Source: a bacterium (lineage in GTDB: Bacteria > Pseudomonadota > Alphaproteobacteria > Ferrovibrionales > Ferrovibrionaceae). Taken from it: a stretch of DNA of 24,000 nt. Location: NCBI GenBank assembly GCA_022844005.1, contig JALHMN010000027.1:1-24000 (forward strand), given 5' to 3'. Position numbers and translations under genes: made by a program. How positions within the stretch are numbered: the first letter of the stretch is position 1; each line of letters begins with the position of its first letter. The notes beneath the pieces are model-generated. The model saw only the letters and a list, made by a program, of their open reading frames with translations, did no database searches and had not been told where the DNA came from. Below are positions 1 through 8,962 of the stretch, in pieces.

Positions 1-42
1 GACCGCCTGCGCGCCGCCTGGGACGACGAGCGGGGCGAGGAC

Positions 43-894
43 ATGCCGATGCCCGAGGAGGAACGGGCCGAGCGGCTGTCGCGGCTGAAGGACGCGGCCG
101 GGAATCCGGCCGACCCGTCCGATTTCGAGCAGGCCCGCATCGTCCCCGTCACCGATGCGGCGGCGACGCTGTCCTGGATCGAGCCGCCGCCGGCGGAAGC
201 GGATGATCCGGAGGATGCGGCCGCCGGTATACGGCTCTCCGATCGCGAGATCGACTGGCTGGCGGGTTTCCTGGAAAGCGACCGCCAGCCGACGCAGACC
301 ATGGATATCGAGATGCTGGACGGCTTCTTCGCCGCGATCGCCGCCAGCCCGGAAGCCATCCCGCCCTCCGAATACCTCCCCCTCCTCTGGGGTGAACAGG
401 GCGAAGAGCCCGGCATCGATTCGCCCGAGCAACGCGCCTATCTCGACTCCCTCCTCGAGCGGCACATGCGCAGCATTCGCGCCCGCCTCGCCGCCGAGCA
501 GGGGCACGAGCCGGTCCTGGTGCCGAGCGACCGCCCGGCCGAACAGGGCGTGCGCTGGTCGGAAGGCTTCGGCCTCGGCACCACGCTCCGCTCGGATGAC
601 TGGGAAGCGGTGATCGACGATCCGGAGGCCGGTGCCGCCTTCGCCGATGTCGCCGCTCTTTCGGCCTCGCATTACGATCCGCAGGCGGAAAAGCTCTCGG
701 CCAAGGAGCGCGAGGCGATCCTGGAGGCGCTGTCGGACTACCCGCCGCTCTTCGCCGCTTTCTTCCGCGACGGGCCGCGCAACCGTGTGCCCGTGCGCGT
801 GACCAAGATCGGCCGCAACGACCCCTGCCCCTGCGGTTCGGGCAAGAAATACAAGAAATGCCACGGCGCACCCGGCGCACCGCCCCTGAACTGA
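43..894 (+). CDS. YecA/UPF0149-family protein with C-terminal SEC-C metal-binding motif
   Basis: 283-aa ORF. The C-terminus [19 protein letters not shown] is a textbook SEC-C motif. The central [18 protein letters not shown] resembles the UPF0149 (YgfB/YecA) core. The frame stays open back to base 1, so the true start may lie upstream of the window. Confidence 0.75.
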   Translation: MPMPEEERAERLSRLKDAAGNPADPSDFEQARIVPVTDAAATLSWIEPPPAEADDPEDAAAGIRLSDREIDWLAGFLESDRQPTQTMDIEMLDGFFAAIAASPEAIPPSEYLPLLWGEQGEEPGIDSPEQRAYLDSLLERHMRSIRARLAAEQGHEPVLVPSDRPAEQGVRWSEGFGLGTTLRSDDWEAVIDDPEAGAAFADVAALSASHYDPQAEKLSAKEREAILEALSDYPPLFAAFFRDGPRNRVPVRVTKIGRNDPCPCGSGKKYKKCHGAPGAPPLN

Positions 895-978
895 CGCCGC
901 GCCGCGACTTCGCTTGCCCGGCCGGCGGACGGGGCTATCATCCGCCGCCAGCGTGGGCGGGAGCCTTAGAGGAGCATC

Positions 979-1158
979 ATGCGGGAGCCACCGGAGACAA
1001 TCGAGGTCGAGGACAAGGTCGTTGCCTGTGACGGCCCGCCCGGTCCGAGCGGCCATCCCCGAGTCTATCTGAATATGGGCACGCGCAGCGAGGTGGATTG
1101 TCCCTATTGCGGCCGGCGCTTCCGCCTGAAGGCCGGCGCCGCGCATCACGCGCATTGA
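979..1158 (+). CDS. small zinc-finger (zf-CHCC / NDUFS6-like) protein, 59 aa
   Basis: Read by hand; it falls below the ORF-track length cutoff. ATG at 979 is preceded by GAGGAG (970-975), and the stop is TGA 1156-1158. Translation is MREPPETIEVEDKVVACDGPPGPSGHPRVYLNMGTRSEVDCPYCGRRFRLKAGAAHHAH. The C..GHPRVYL..CPYCG pattern is the zf-CHCC signature. Confidence 0.7.
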   Translation: MREPPETIEVEDKVVACDGPPGPSGHPRVYLNMGTRSEVDCPYCGRRFRLKAGAAHHAH

Positions 1159-1165
1159 GGTCGGC

Positions 1166-3973
1166 TTGAGCGACGCAAAGCCCGGCCGCATCGCCCTCGT
1201 CGACGGCTCGGGCTACATCTTCCGGGCCTATCACGCGCTTCCCCCCCTGACGCGGAAGGACGGCACCCCCGTGGGCGCCGTCTACGGCTTCTGCAACATG
1301 CTGGAGAAGCTGATCGAGGATGCCGCCGCCGATCATCGCATCACCCATATGGCGGTCGTCTTCGATGCGGGCCGCGAGACCTTCCGGAACGCGATCTATC
1401 CCCAGTACAAGGCGAACCGTCCGGAACCGCCGGAAGACCTGATCCCGCAATTCGCGCTGATCCGCGAGGCGGTGGACGCCTTCAGTGTGCCGCGGGTGGA
1501 ACTGGCCGGCTACGAGGCCGACGACGTCATCGCCACCTATGCGCGCCTCGGTCAGGAAGCCGGGATCGAGGTCGAGATCGTGTCCGCCGACAAGGACATG
1601 ATGCAGCTCGTCCGCCCCGGCGTCGGCATGTTCGACCCGATCAAGCTGAAGCCGATCGGCGATGCCGAAGTGATGGAGAAGTTCGGCGTTCCCCCCTCCA
1701 AGGTCGCGGAAGTGCAGGCGCTGGCAGGCGACAGCACCGACAATGTGCCGGGCGTACCCGGCATCGGCGTCAAGACGGCGGCGCAGTTGCTCGGCGAATA
1801 CGGCGACCTCAAGACGCTGCTCGACCGCGCCGGCGAGATCAAGCAGCCGAAGCGCCGCGAGGCGCTGCTGGCCAATCGCGAACTGGCGCTGATCTCGCAC
1901 CGGCTGGTCACCCTCGACCCCGCCGTGCCGGTGCCGATGGGCCTCGACGAGTTCCTGGTCCGCTCGGTCGATCTGGAAAGGCTGGTCGCCTTCCTGGAGG
2001 CGATGGAGTTCGGCCGGCTGGTGGCGCGGCTCCGCTCGAAGTTCGATGGCGCCCGGGTCGTGTCGGCGCTGACGGCCTCCACCGAGGTTCCGGATGCCGT
2101 TCCCCCGGCGCCGGCGACGCAGGACTATCGCCTGGTACAGGAGGAGGCGCAGCTCACGGCCTGGGTGGCGCGCGCCACCGCCGCCGGGAAAGTGGCCTTC
2201 GATACCGAGACCAATTCGCTGGATGCCATGCAGGCCGACCTCGTCGGCGTGTCGCTTTCAGTCACCGCGGGCGAGGCCTGCTACATTCCGCTCGGCCATA
2301 CCGGCCCGGCGGCGCAGACCACGCTCGATCTCGGCGGCACCGGGCCCGGCGAAGGCCGCCCGAAGCAGATCCCGATGGATCGCGCCATCGCGATCCTGAA
2401 GCCGATGCTGGAGGATCCATCCGTCCTCAAGATCGGCCAGAACATCAAGTTCGACGCCCTGGTGCTGGCCCAGCCGCGCTATGGGGTGCAGGTGGCGCCG
2501 ATCGACGACACCATGCTGATCTCCTTCGTCGCCGAGAACGGGCTGCACGGGCATGGCATGGACGAGCTGTCGGAGCTGCATCTCGGCCACAAGCCTGTTT
2601 CCTATGACGAGGTCACCGGCAAGGGCAAGGCCCGCATCACCTTCGACCAGGTGAACCTGACCGACGCGCTGCGCTATGCGGCCGAAGACGCCGACATCAC
2701 GCTTCGCCTGCACGAGCAGCTGAAGCCGAAGCTGCGCCAGCGCGGCCTGCTCGCCATCTACGAGCAGCTGGAACGCCGGCTGGTGCCGGTGGTCACGGCC
2801 ATGGAATGCGCCGGCATCAAGGTCGACGTGGCCGAGCTTCGCCGCCTGTCGGCCGATTTCGCCCGGAAGATGGGCGAGCTCGAGATCGAGATCCATCAGT
2901 TGGCCGGCGAGGTCTTCAACATCGGCTCGCCGAAGCAGCTGGGCGAGATCCTGTTCGACAAGATGAGCCTGCCCGGCGGCAAGCGGATGAAGACCGGCGC
3001 CTGGGGCACCGACGCCGATGTGCTGGAGGGCCTGGCCGCCGAAGGCCATGCCCTGCCGCAGAAGGTGATGGACTGGCGGCAGGTGCAGAAGCTGAAGAGC
3101 ACCTATACCGATTCGCTGCAGAACGAGATCAACCCACGCACGGGGCGCGTCCATACCTCCTATGCGCTGGCCGCCACCTCGACGGGGCGGCTGTCGTCAT
3201 CGGACCCGAACCTGCAGAACATCCCGGTCCGGACGGAGGAAGGCCGGCGCATCCGCCGCGCCTTCGTGGCCGAGGCGGGCCACGTGCTGATGAGCGCCGA
3301 CTATTCGCAGATCGAGCTTCGCATCCTGGCGCATATCGCGGGCATCGATCAGCTGAAGGACGCCTTCCGCGACGGAATCGACATCCATGCGAAGACGGCC
3401 TCGGAAGTCTTCGGCGTGCCGATCGAAGGCATGGACCCGATGGTCCGCCGTTCCGCCAAGGCGATCAACTTCGGCATCATCTACGGCATGTCCTCCTTCG
3501 GCCTGGCCCGGCAGCTCGGCATCGGCCAGCGTGAGGCCGGCAGCTATATCAACGCCTATTTCGAGCGCTATCCCGGCATCCGCGCCTATATGGATGCCAC
3601 CAAGAAGCAGGCGCGCGAGAAGGGCTTCGTCGAAACGGTGCGCGGCCGGCGCTGCCACTTCCCCGCCATCAACGACAAGAACCCGGCGCGCCGCGCCTTC
3701 ATGGAACGCGCCTCGATCAATGCGCCGATCCAGGGCACGGCGGCCGACGTGATCAAGCGCGCCATGATCCGCGTGCCGCCCGCGCTGAAGAAGGCGGGCC
3801 TCGCCGCGAAGATGCTGCTGCAGGTGCATGACGAACTCGTCTTCGAACTGCCCGAGGCCGAGCGCGAGGCGACCGCGGCGGTGGTGAAGCGCGAGATGGA
3901 GGCCTCGGCCGCCCTCTCGGTGCCGCTCGTCGTCGAAACCGGCTTCGGCGCCAACTGGGGCGAGGCGCATTGA
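1166..3973 (+). CDS. polA: DNA polymerase I
   Basis: 935 aa with a TTG start. N-terminal 5'-3' exonuclease (LVDGSGYIFRAYHALP), central 3'-5' exonuclease (VAFDTETNSLD), and C-terminal family-A polymerase motifs (DYSQIELRILAH, RRSAKAINFGIIYG, QVHDELVFE). Confidence 0.98.
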   Translation: MSDAKPGRIALVDGSGYIFRAYHALPPLTRKDGTPVGAVYGFCNMLEKLIEDAAADHRITHMAVVFDAGRETFRNAIYPQYKANRPEPPEDLIPQFALIREAVDAFSVPRVELAGYEADDVIATYARLGQEAGIEVEIVSADKDMMQLVRPGVGMFDPIKLKPIGDAEVMEKFGVPPSKVAEVQALAGDSTDNVPGVPGIGVKTAAQLLGEYGDLKTLLDRAGEIKQPKRREALLANRELALISHRLVTLDPAVPVPMGLDEFLVRSVDLERLVAFLEAMEFGRLVARLRSKFDGARVVSALTASTEVPDAVPPAPATQDYRLVQEEAQLTAWVARATAAGKVAFDTETNSLDAMQADLVGVSLSVTAGEACYIPLGHTGPAAQTTLDLGGTGPGEGRPKQIPMDRAIAILKPMLEDPSVLKIGQNIKFDALVLAQPRYGVQVAPIDDTMLISFVAENGLHGHGMDELSELHLGHKPVSYDEVTGKGKARITFDQVNLTDALRYAAEDADITLRLHEQLKPKLRQRGLLAIYEQLERRLVPVVTAMECAGIKVDVAELRRLSADFARKMGELEIEIHQLAGEVFNIGSPKQLGEILFDKMSLPGGKRMKTGAWGTDADVLEGLAAEGHALPQKVMDWRQVQKLKSTYTDSLQNEINPRTGRVHTSYALAATSTGRLSSSDPNLQNIPVRTEEGRRIRRAFVAEAGHVLMSADYSQIELRILAHIAGIDQLKDAFRDGIDIHAKTASEVFGVPIEGMDPMVRRSAKAINFGIIYGMSSFGLARQLGIGQREAGSYINAYFERYPGIRAYMDATKKQAREKGFVETVRGRRCHFPAINDKNPARRAFMERASINAPIQGTAADVIKRAMIRVPPALKKAGLAAKMLLQVHDELVFELPEAEREATAAVVKREMEASAALSVPLVVETGFGANWGEAH

Positions 3974-3980
3974 TGCGTGA

Positions 3981-4101
3981 GCCCTCCCTCGGCTTGCCGG
4001 GGGAGGGTTGGGTGGGGGCGGTGAGATCTGGCGCGCCGTTTCTTTGCGTCACCACCCCCACCCCCGCCCTCCCCCACGCCGCTTCGCGACGCGAGGGAGG
4101 G
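3981..4101. repeat. long GC-rich imperfect palindrome (REP/RIME-like intergenic element), probable polA terminator structure
   Basis: CCCTCCCTCG (3982-3991) pairs perfectly with CGAGGGAGGG (4092-4101). The inner arm GGGGGAGGGTTGGGTGGGGGCGGTGA (3999-4024) pairs with TCACCACCCCCACCCCCGCCCTCCCCC (4049-4075) apart from one mismatch and a small bulge. The loop is 4025-4048 and contains GGCGCGCC. Confidence 0.7.
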
Positions 4102-4126
4102 AGCAAGTCAGGGAAAGGAAAACGCC

Positions 4127-4741
4127 ATGCTGAAGATCTGGGGCCGGGCCAATTCGATAAACGTGCAGAAGGTGCTTTGGGTGGCCGATGAGATCGGCAT
4201 TCCCTACACCCGTGTCGATATCGGCGGCCCCTTCGGCGGCAACAGGGAACCCGCCTACCTCGCCCTCAATCCCAACGGCCTGGTGCCCACCATCGAGGAC
4301 GATGGGGTCGTCCTCTGGGAATCCAACTCGATCGCCCGCTACCTCGCCGCCAGCCGGAACTCTCCTCTCGTTCCCGCCGATCCGAAGCTCCGCGCCGAGG
4401 CGGAACGCTGGATGGATTGGCAGCTCACCAGCCTGGGCGGGATGACGCCGATCTTCTGGGGTCTGATCCGCACCCCGGCCGAGAAGCGGGACCCGGCCGC
4501 GATCGAGGCCGCCAGGGTACAGGTGGCCGGCGCCTGGGCCATCCTCGATGCGCATCTGAAGGGGCGGGATTTCGTCGCCGGCCCCGCCCTCACGGTTGGC
4601 GACATCCCGGTCGGCTGCATGGCCTATCGCTGGTTCAACCTCGCCATCGATCGGCCCGATCTGCCGCATCTGCGGGCCTGGTACGACCGGCTGACCACCC
4701 GGCCCGCCTACCGCAAACACGTCATGCCGCCGATGACCTGA
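4127..4741 (+). CDS. glutathione S-transferase family protein
   Basis: 204 aa. N-terminal thioredoxin-like GST fold (MLKIWGRANSINVQKVLW..., NPNGLVPTIEDDGVVLWESNSIARYLA) with a helical C-terminal domain. AGGAA lies upstream of the ATG. Confidence 0.9.
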   Translation: MLKIWGRANSINVQKVLWVADEIGIPYTRVDIGGPFGGNREPAYLALNPNGLVPTIEDDGVVLWESNSIARYLAASRNSPLVPADPKLRAEAERWMDWQLTSLGGMTPIFWGLIRTPAEKRDPAAIEAARVQVAGAWAILDAHLKGRDFVAGPALTVGDIPVGCMAYRWFNLAIDRPDLPHLRAWYDRLTTRPAYRKHVMPPMT

Positions 4742-4867
4742 GGGACGCGACCGCATCGCTAAAGTTTTTCTTAAGTTTTTCAGAGAAGTCTATGCATCTC
4801 CGGAGCGGGCTGCGCCGCGATGGAGGGGTGACCCTTCGGGGCTCGCCATGACTGTCGACCTGTCGCG

Positions 4868-4909
4868 GGAAGAGGGCCGTCCGGCAACGGATCGGCCCTC
4901 TTCCTTTTG
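4868..4909 (+). terminator. hairpin terminator between convergent GST and PRC-barrel genes
   Basis: Perfect 12-bp stem GGAAGAGGGCCG (4868-4879) / CGGCCCTCTTCC (4893-4904) with a 13-nt loop, followed by TTTT on the plus strand. It lies 11 nt beyond the stop of the minus-strand gene, so it may act in both directions. Confidence 0.6.
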
Positions 4910-4914
4910 CGCGC

Positions 4915-5922
4915 TCAGCCGGCCGTTTCCTGCCAGCTCTGATCGAGTTCCTGCATCGCGCGATCGAGCCGTGCCTTGGCCGCCTCGTAGGTTTCCGCGG
5001 TGGCGTTCTTGAAGCCTTCCCATTCCACCTGGGCTTTCTCCCAGGCCCGATCCAGTCCGTCGCGGATCTTCGTGCCGGTCGCTTCCGCGCCCTTGACCGC
5101 CCGGTCGCGATAGTCCGAAACCCGGCGGGACCATTCATCCATTTCCGCCTCGTAGTCGGCGCGCAGCAGATCCTTTTCGTCCTTCGGCGCCACCCCGACC
5201 CGTGGCGAGGCAGGCGCCACCGCCGCGAAGATCGCCTTGTCGAATGCGGGGGCGGCTTCCAGCGATTCCCGCGTCGCAGCCGAGAGGGCGAGGCCGGCGC
5301 GATCGTCACGGAAGTCCGAAGCGGGCAAGGCCACCAGCTTGCCGCCGAGGCCGAGGAGGCCGCCCACACTCAACACGATCTGCTCAACCCCGCGGTCGGG
5401 TCCGATGACCATATCGTCCACTGCGCCGATATTGCGGCCATTCGCGTCGCGCACATCGGTACCGATGATGCTGCTGGCAAGAATGGAGGGAGCACCCGCG
5501 CGCCCACCCTCGACCACGGTGAAGGCAACCCGGTCGAAGTCAGGCAACAGCTTCAGCGCCTCCTTGGTCGTGCCCCGCAGCATCAGCCCGTCCGGCCCGT
5601 TGGAAAACGAAGGCACCGGCAGCACGACGAGCTTGTCGCCGACGCCGAGGAGACCGCCCACGCTCAGAACGAACTGCGCGACCCGGCGGTCTGGTCCGAT
5701 CACGAGGTCGTGGACGGTGCCGAGTTTCTCTTCAGCCGAATCCCGCACCGTCGTCCCGATCAGTTTTCCCGCCAGCACCGGGCGGAAGGCGGGCGTCGCC
5801 GCTTCGCTTCCGGGCACGACCGGGGCCGCGGGACCTGCCTTGTTCTCGGCCAGGACCGGGCCGCCGATGGCTGCGAACAGGGCGCAAAGCGCGATGGCGT
5901 TCATCAGGGCACGCATCGTCAT
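4915..5922 (-). CDS. secreted protein with two PRC-barrel domains and a helical C-terminal tail
   Basis: 335 aa. Signal peptide MTMRALMNAIALCALFAAIGGPVLA. Two repeats of the PRC-barrel pattern (LIGTTVRDSAEEKLGTVHDLVIGPDRRVAQFVLSVGGLLGVGDKLVVLP, and IIGTDVRDANGRNIGAVDDMVIGPDRGVEQIVLSVGGLLGLGGKLVALP). GGGAG RBS. Confidence 0.8.
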   Translation of the reverse strand: MTMRALMNAIALCALFAAIGGPVLAENKAGPAAPVVPGSEAATPAFRPVLAGKLIGTTVRDSAEEKLGTVHDLVIGPDRRVAQFVLSVGGLLGVGDKLVVLPVPSFSNGPDGLMLRGTTKEALKLLPDFDRVAFTVVEGGRAGAPSILASSIIGTDVRDANGRNIGAVDDMVIGPDRGVEQIVLSVGGLLGLGGKLVALPASDFRDDRAGLALSAATRESLEAAPAFDKAIFAAVAPASPRVGVAPKDEKDLLRADYEAEMDEWSRRVSDYRDRAVKGAEATGTKIRDGLDRAWEKAQVEWEGFKNATAETYEAAKARLDRAMQELDQSWQETAG

Positions 5923-6006
5923 GGATCCGAACTCCCGCTGGCTGATCCTGCCGGGGAACGCGGGAGCGCTGCGATGGTTGCGCGCAGAATCGCCGGTGCA
6001 ATGTCG

Positions 6007-6031
6007 GGAACCAGCGCCGCGTCACCCCGTT
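6007..6031 (+). promoter_or_regulatory. candidate EcfG (general stress response ECF sigma) promoter
   Basis: GGAAC (6007-6011), a 16-nt spacer, then CGTT (6028-6031). This matches the alphaproteobacterial EcfG consensus GGAAC-N16-17-CGTT exactly. It lies about 125 nt upstream of the small hydrophilic ORF at 6157. Confidence 0.45.
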
Positions 6032-6156
6032 GTTGATGCGGAACTCGCCACGCCGCCCCGTCTCGGGCCCGCTCTCCCCCAGCGTGGCCCAAACGCGAGA
6101 CTGCTCCTCACAGCCGGCGCGGCGGGTTCCACCCATCCCAACCAAGGAGGAATGTC

Positions 6157-6372
6157 ATGGCAGACCAGCAGAAGCCCGGCTCAGGCGACCCCAATCAGGG
6201 CGAAGGCAATCGCGACGCGGCACGCCGGTACAACGCCGATGCGCAGGCATTCGCCAAGGACAAGGATCAGGTGAAGGACGCCGCCGCAGCCGCACAAAAG
6301 GCGGTTGAAGGCAAGGAAGGCAAGACACTCACCGAAGCTGAAAAGCATGGTCTTGCCAAGGGACGCCACTGA
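6157..6372 (+). CDS. small hydrophilic Lys/Ala/Glu/Asp-rich protein (stress-protein-like), 71 aa
   Basis: Strong RBS AAGGAGG 7 nt before the ATG. Charged low-complexity composition (MADQQKPGSGDPNQGEGNRDAARRYNADAQAFAKDKDQVKD...). Followed by a strong hairpin. No named family recognised. Confidence 0.65.
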   Translation: MADQQKPGSGDPNQGEGNRDAARRYNADAQAFAKDKDQVKDAAAAAQKAVEGKEGKTLTEAEKHGLAKGRH

Positions 6373-6408
6373 GCGATCCTCGGCCCTGCCGACCGATCGC
6401 AAGGAAAT

Positions 6409-6441
6409 GAAAGGGCCGCCGGTGATGCCGGCGGCCCTTTC
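6409..6441. terminator. bidirectional hairpin terminator between convergent genes
   Basis: Perfect 14-bp stem GAAAGGGCCGCCGG (6409-6422) / CCGGCGGCCCTTTC (6428-6441) with a 5-nt loop. It sits between the 6157..6372 (+) ORF and the ABC transporter (-). Confidence 0.6.
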
Positions 6442-6482
6442 GTCTGACGGCCTGTTGTCAGCCGGGCCAACCGAAGACCTTC

Positions 6483-8270
6483 CTATTCCGCCGCGGCGCG
6501 GCTGGTGTCGAACTGCAGCTGCGCCAGGCGGGCATAGAGACCGCCTTGCGTCATCAGTTCGGCATGGGTGCCCTGGGCGACGATCCGCCCCTCATCCAGG
6601 ACGACGATGCGGTCGGCCTGCAGCACGGTGGCGAGACGATGCGCGATCACCAGCGTGGTCCGCCCCTTCAGCACCCGCTCGAAGGCCAGCTGCACCGCCC
6701 GCTCGTTCTCCGCGTCGAGCGCGCTGGTCGCCTCGTCCAGCAGCAGCACCGGCGGGTTCTTCAGGATGGCGCGCGCGATCGCGATGCGCTGGCGCTGCCC
6801 GCCCGACAGCCGCGTGCCCTTCTCGCCCAGCTGGGTCAGGAAGCCGTCCGGCAGGCGTTCGATGAAGTCGAGCGCCGCGGCCGCGTCGGCCGCCGCCCGC
6901 ACCTCGGCCTCGCTCGCCTCCGGCCGGCCATAGCGGATGTTGTCCAGGACATGGCCGGCGAAAATCACCGGCTCCTGCGCCACCACGCCGATCCGCTGGC
7001 GCAGCTGCACCGGATCGACGCGGGCGGCGTCGACACCATCGACCAGCACCCGCCCCTCGTCCGGGCTGCGGAAGCGCAGCAGCAGCTGGAACACCGTCGA
7101 TTTGCCGGCGCCCGAGGGGCCGACGAGGGCCACCGTCTCGCCGGGGGCGATATCGAGGGTGAAGTCGGCCAGCGCCGCCGCTTCGGGGCGCGTGGGGTAG
7201 CGGAAGCCGACATGCTCGAACCGCAAGGCGCCCGTTGCCGGCTCTGGCAACGGCAGCGGATCGACCGGCGCCTCGATCTCGGGCCGGGTGTCCAGCAGTT
7301 CGACCAGGCGGCTCGCCGCGCCGGCGGCCTGCTGCACCTCGCCCCAGACCTCGGACAGCGCGCCGACGCCGCCCGCGACCACCACGGCATAGAAGATGAA
7401 AGCGGTCAGCTCGCCGGCGCTCATCTCGCCCGCCAGCACGTCCTTGCTGCCGATCCACAGCACCCCGTCGACCGCGCCGAAAACCAGCAGCATCACGGCG
7501 GCCGTCATCCAGGCGCGGGTCCTGACCCGGGCGACGGCGGCCGCGAAGGCGCCGTCGGCGCTCGCGGCGAAGGCCGCCCGCTCGCGCGCCTCGGCGGCGA
7601 AGGCCTGTACCGTTTCAACCGAGTTCAGCGTCTCGCCGGCCTTCGCCGACAGGTCCGCCACCTTGTCCTGGGCGGCGCGGGCAAGGCGGCGGAGCTTCCG
7701 CCCCAGGATCACGATCGGCGCCACCACCAGCGGCACCACCAGGAAGACCAGCAGGGTGAGCTTGGGGCTGGTCACCGCCATCATCACGCTGCCGCCCAGG
7801 AAGAGCAGCAGGTTGCGCAGCGCCACCGAGACGGAGGAGCCCACGACCGTCTGGATGAGCGTGGTATCGGCGGTGAGCCGCGACAGCACCTCACCCGTCC
7901 GCGTCGTCTCGAAGAAGGAAGGCGTGAGCGACAGGATATGGCCGTAGACCGACTTCCTGATATCCGCGACCACCCGTTCGCCGAGCCAGGTGACAAGATA
8001 GAAACGCGCGAAGGTGGCGATGGCGAGCACCGTCACCACGCCGAAAAGGGCCAGGAAATAGAGGTCGATGAAGGCTTCGCCTTCCTGCATGAAACCGTGG
8101 TCGACCACGCGGCGCACCGCCTGGCCCACCGCCAGCACCGCCCCCGCCGCCACCACCAGCGCCGCCAGCGCGCCGGCCACCGCCAGGCGATAGGGCCGCA
8201 CGAAACCGCCCAGGCGCTTCAGGCCCTGCATCGACCGCCGGCCATGGGCGGGCTGTTCGCTTTCTGCCAT
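6483..8270 (-). CDS. ABC transporter, fused permease/ATPase half-transporter (ABCB/MsbA-type exporter)
   Basis: 595 aa from MAESEQ (ATG at 8270). The longer track ORF reaching 8444 overlaps cyaY and is unlikely. Six-helix TMD ([20 protein letters not shown]...) followed by an NBD with Walker [10 protein letters not shown], signature LSGGQRQR and Walker [12 protein letters not shown]. Confidence 0.93.
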   Translation of the reverse strand: MAESEQPAHGRRSMQGLKRLGGFVRPYRLAVAGALAALVVAAGAVLAVGQAVRRVVDHGFMQEGEAFIDLYFLALFGVVTVLAIATFARFYLVTWLGERVVADIRKSVYGHILSLTPSFFETTRTGEVLSRLTADTTLIQTVVGSSVSVALRNLLLFLGGSVMMAVTSPKLTLLVFLVVPLVVAPIVILGRKLRRLARAAQDKVADLSAKAGETLNSVETVQAFAAEARERAAFAASADGAFAAAVARVRTRAWMTAAVMLLVFGAVDGVLWIGSKDVLAGEMSAGELTAFIFYAVVVAGGVGALSEVWGEVQQAAGAASRLVELLDTRPEIEAPVDPLPLPEPATGALRFEHVGFRYPTRPEAAALADFTLDIAPGETVALVGPSGAGKSTVFQLLLRFRSPDEGRVLVDGVDAARVDPVQLRQRIGVVAQEPVIFAGHVLDNIRYGRPEASEAEVRAAADAAAALDFIERLPDGFLTQLGEKGTRLSGGQRQRIAIARAILKNPPVLLLDEATSALDAENERAVQLAFERVLKGRTTLVIAHRLATVLQADRIVVLDEGRIVAQGTHAELMTQGGLYARLAQLQFDTSRAAAE

Positions 8271-8277
8271 CGAATGT

Positions 8278-8604
8278 TCAGTCCAGGATGAGGTCGAGGC
8301 CGGCGGCCTCTTTGAGTTCGGCCGCCAGCCGGTTCGCGAGATCGGCCCCGTCGCCGCGCGTGGAAACCCAGCGCCCGCCTTCGAACGCAAAATGGCTGGC
8401 GCCGGAAATCGGCGAGGACAGCCAGATTTGCCGGGTCGGCGCATGCTTGCTGACGATCCAGGTACCGGCCTCGTCGATCTCGAGCGTCAGCATGCCCGGC
8501 ACCGCCTCGACCGAGACGCCATCGCCCTCCGCCTCCTCGATCGCATCGGCCCAGCGGGACAGCAGGGCCGCGGCCAGGCGCTCGAAATCGCTCTCGTCGG
8601 TCAT
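8278..8604 (-). CDS. cyaY: iron donor protein CyaY (bacterial frataxin)
   Basis: 108 aa. Acidic N-terminal helix ([27 protein letters not shown]) and the frataxin core ([34 protein letters not shown]). It ends 7 nt before the ABC transporter start. Confidence 0.85.
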   Translation of the reverse strand: MTDESDFERLAAALLSRWADAIEEAEGDGVSVEAVPGMLTLEIDEAGTWIVSKHAPTRQIWLSSPISGASHFAFEGGRWVSTRGDGADLANRLAAELKEAAGLDLILD

Positions 8605-8669
8605 GTCATGCTTTTTCCGGTCAGCCCCGGGGTATAACAGCCGCCCGCCCCTCGGCCAACCGCGTCGCC

Positions 8670-8698
8670 TTGCCTATGGGGCCGCGCGCCGCTATACA
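8670..8698 (+). promoter_or_regulatory. possible sigma-70-type promoter for rpmE
   Basis: TTGCCT (8670-8675), a 17-nt spacer, then TATACA (8693-8698), about 30 nt upstream of the rpmE ATG. This is motif resemblance only. Confidence 0.25.
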
Positions 8699-8728
8699 GC
8701 CCGCTCATTTTTCGCGAAGGCGCTTGCC

Positions 8729-8962
8729 ATGAAGGCCGACACTCACCCCGACTATCATGAGATCACCGTCCAGATGACGGACGGGACCAAGTACACGACC
8801 CGTTCCACCTGGGGCAAGCCGGGCGAAACCATGGTGCTCGAGATCGACCCGACCTCGCACCCGGCCTGGACCGGCGGCCCCGCCCGTCTGAACGAGGCCG
8901 GCGGTCAGGTCGCGAAGTTCAACAAGCGCTTCGCGGGAATCAGCCTGCCAACGAAGAAATAG
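8729..8962 (+). CDS. rpmE: 50S ribosomal protein L31
   Basis: 77 aa: [50 protein letters not shown]...KFNKRF. Only the last 78 codons of track ORF 8288..8962 are genic. Confidence 0.95.
   Translation: MKADTHPDYHEITVQMTDGTKYTTRSTWGKPGETMVLEIDPTSHPAWTGGPARLNEAGGQVAKFNKRFAGISLPTKK

Noticed and set aside
977-3970. Minus-strand ORFs antisense to polA (977..1900, 1552..2082, 2258..3154, 3197..3970), plus same-strand off-frame ORFs
   Set aside because: They overlap a 935-aa CDS that carries all DNA polymerase I motifs. Their translations are low-complexity and Arg/Ala/Gly-rich.
3970-4191. 73-aa ORF reading through the polA-gst spacer (MMREPSLGLPGEGWVGAV...)
   Set aside because: It is the translation of the GC-rich palindromic repeat. 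It has no RBS and runs into the GST start region out of frame.
6040-6062. Second GGAAC word downstream of the EcfG-like promoter
   Set aside because: It is followed after 14 nt by CGTC, not by CGTT at 16-17 nt, so it does not fit the EcfG consensus. GGAAC at 5955-5959 followed by GGTT after 16 nt is likewise only a near-match.
6546-8291. 581-aa plus-strand ORF opposite the ABC transporter, with nested ORFs 6592..7458, 6965..7390 and 7396..7947
   Set aside because: Its composition is dominated by Arg/His/Gly/Gln/Asp runs with no motifs. It lies exactly antisense to a CDS that has unmistakable Walker A/B and signature motifs. This is a typical high-GC shadow frame.
8288-8728. 5' extension of the rpmE ORF (224-aa track ORF), and the 653-aa version of the ABC transporter ORF (to 8444)
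   Set aside because: Both extensions run antisense to, or overlap, cyaY and have shadow-frame composition. The internal ATGs at 8729 and 8270 give canonical N-termini.
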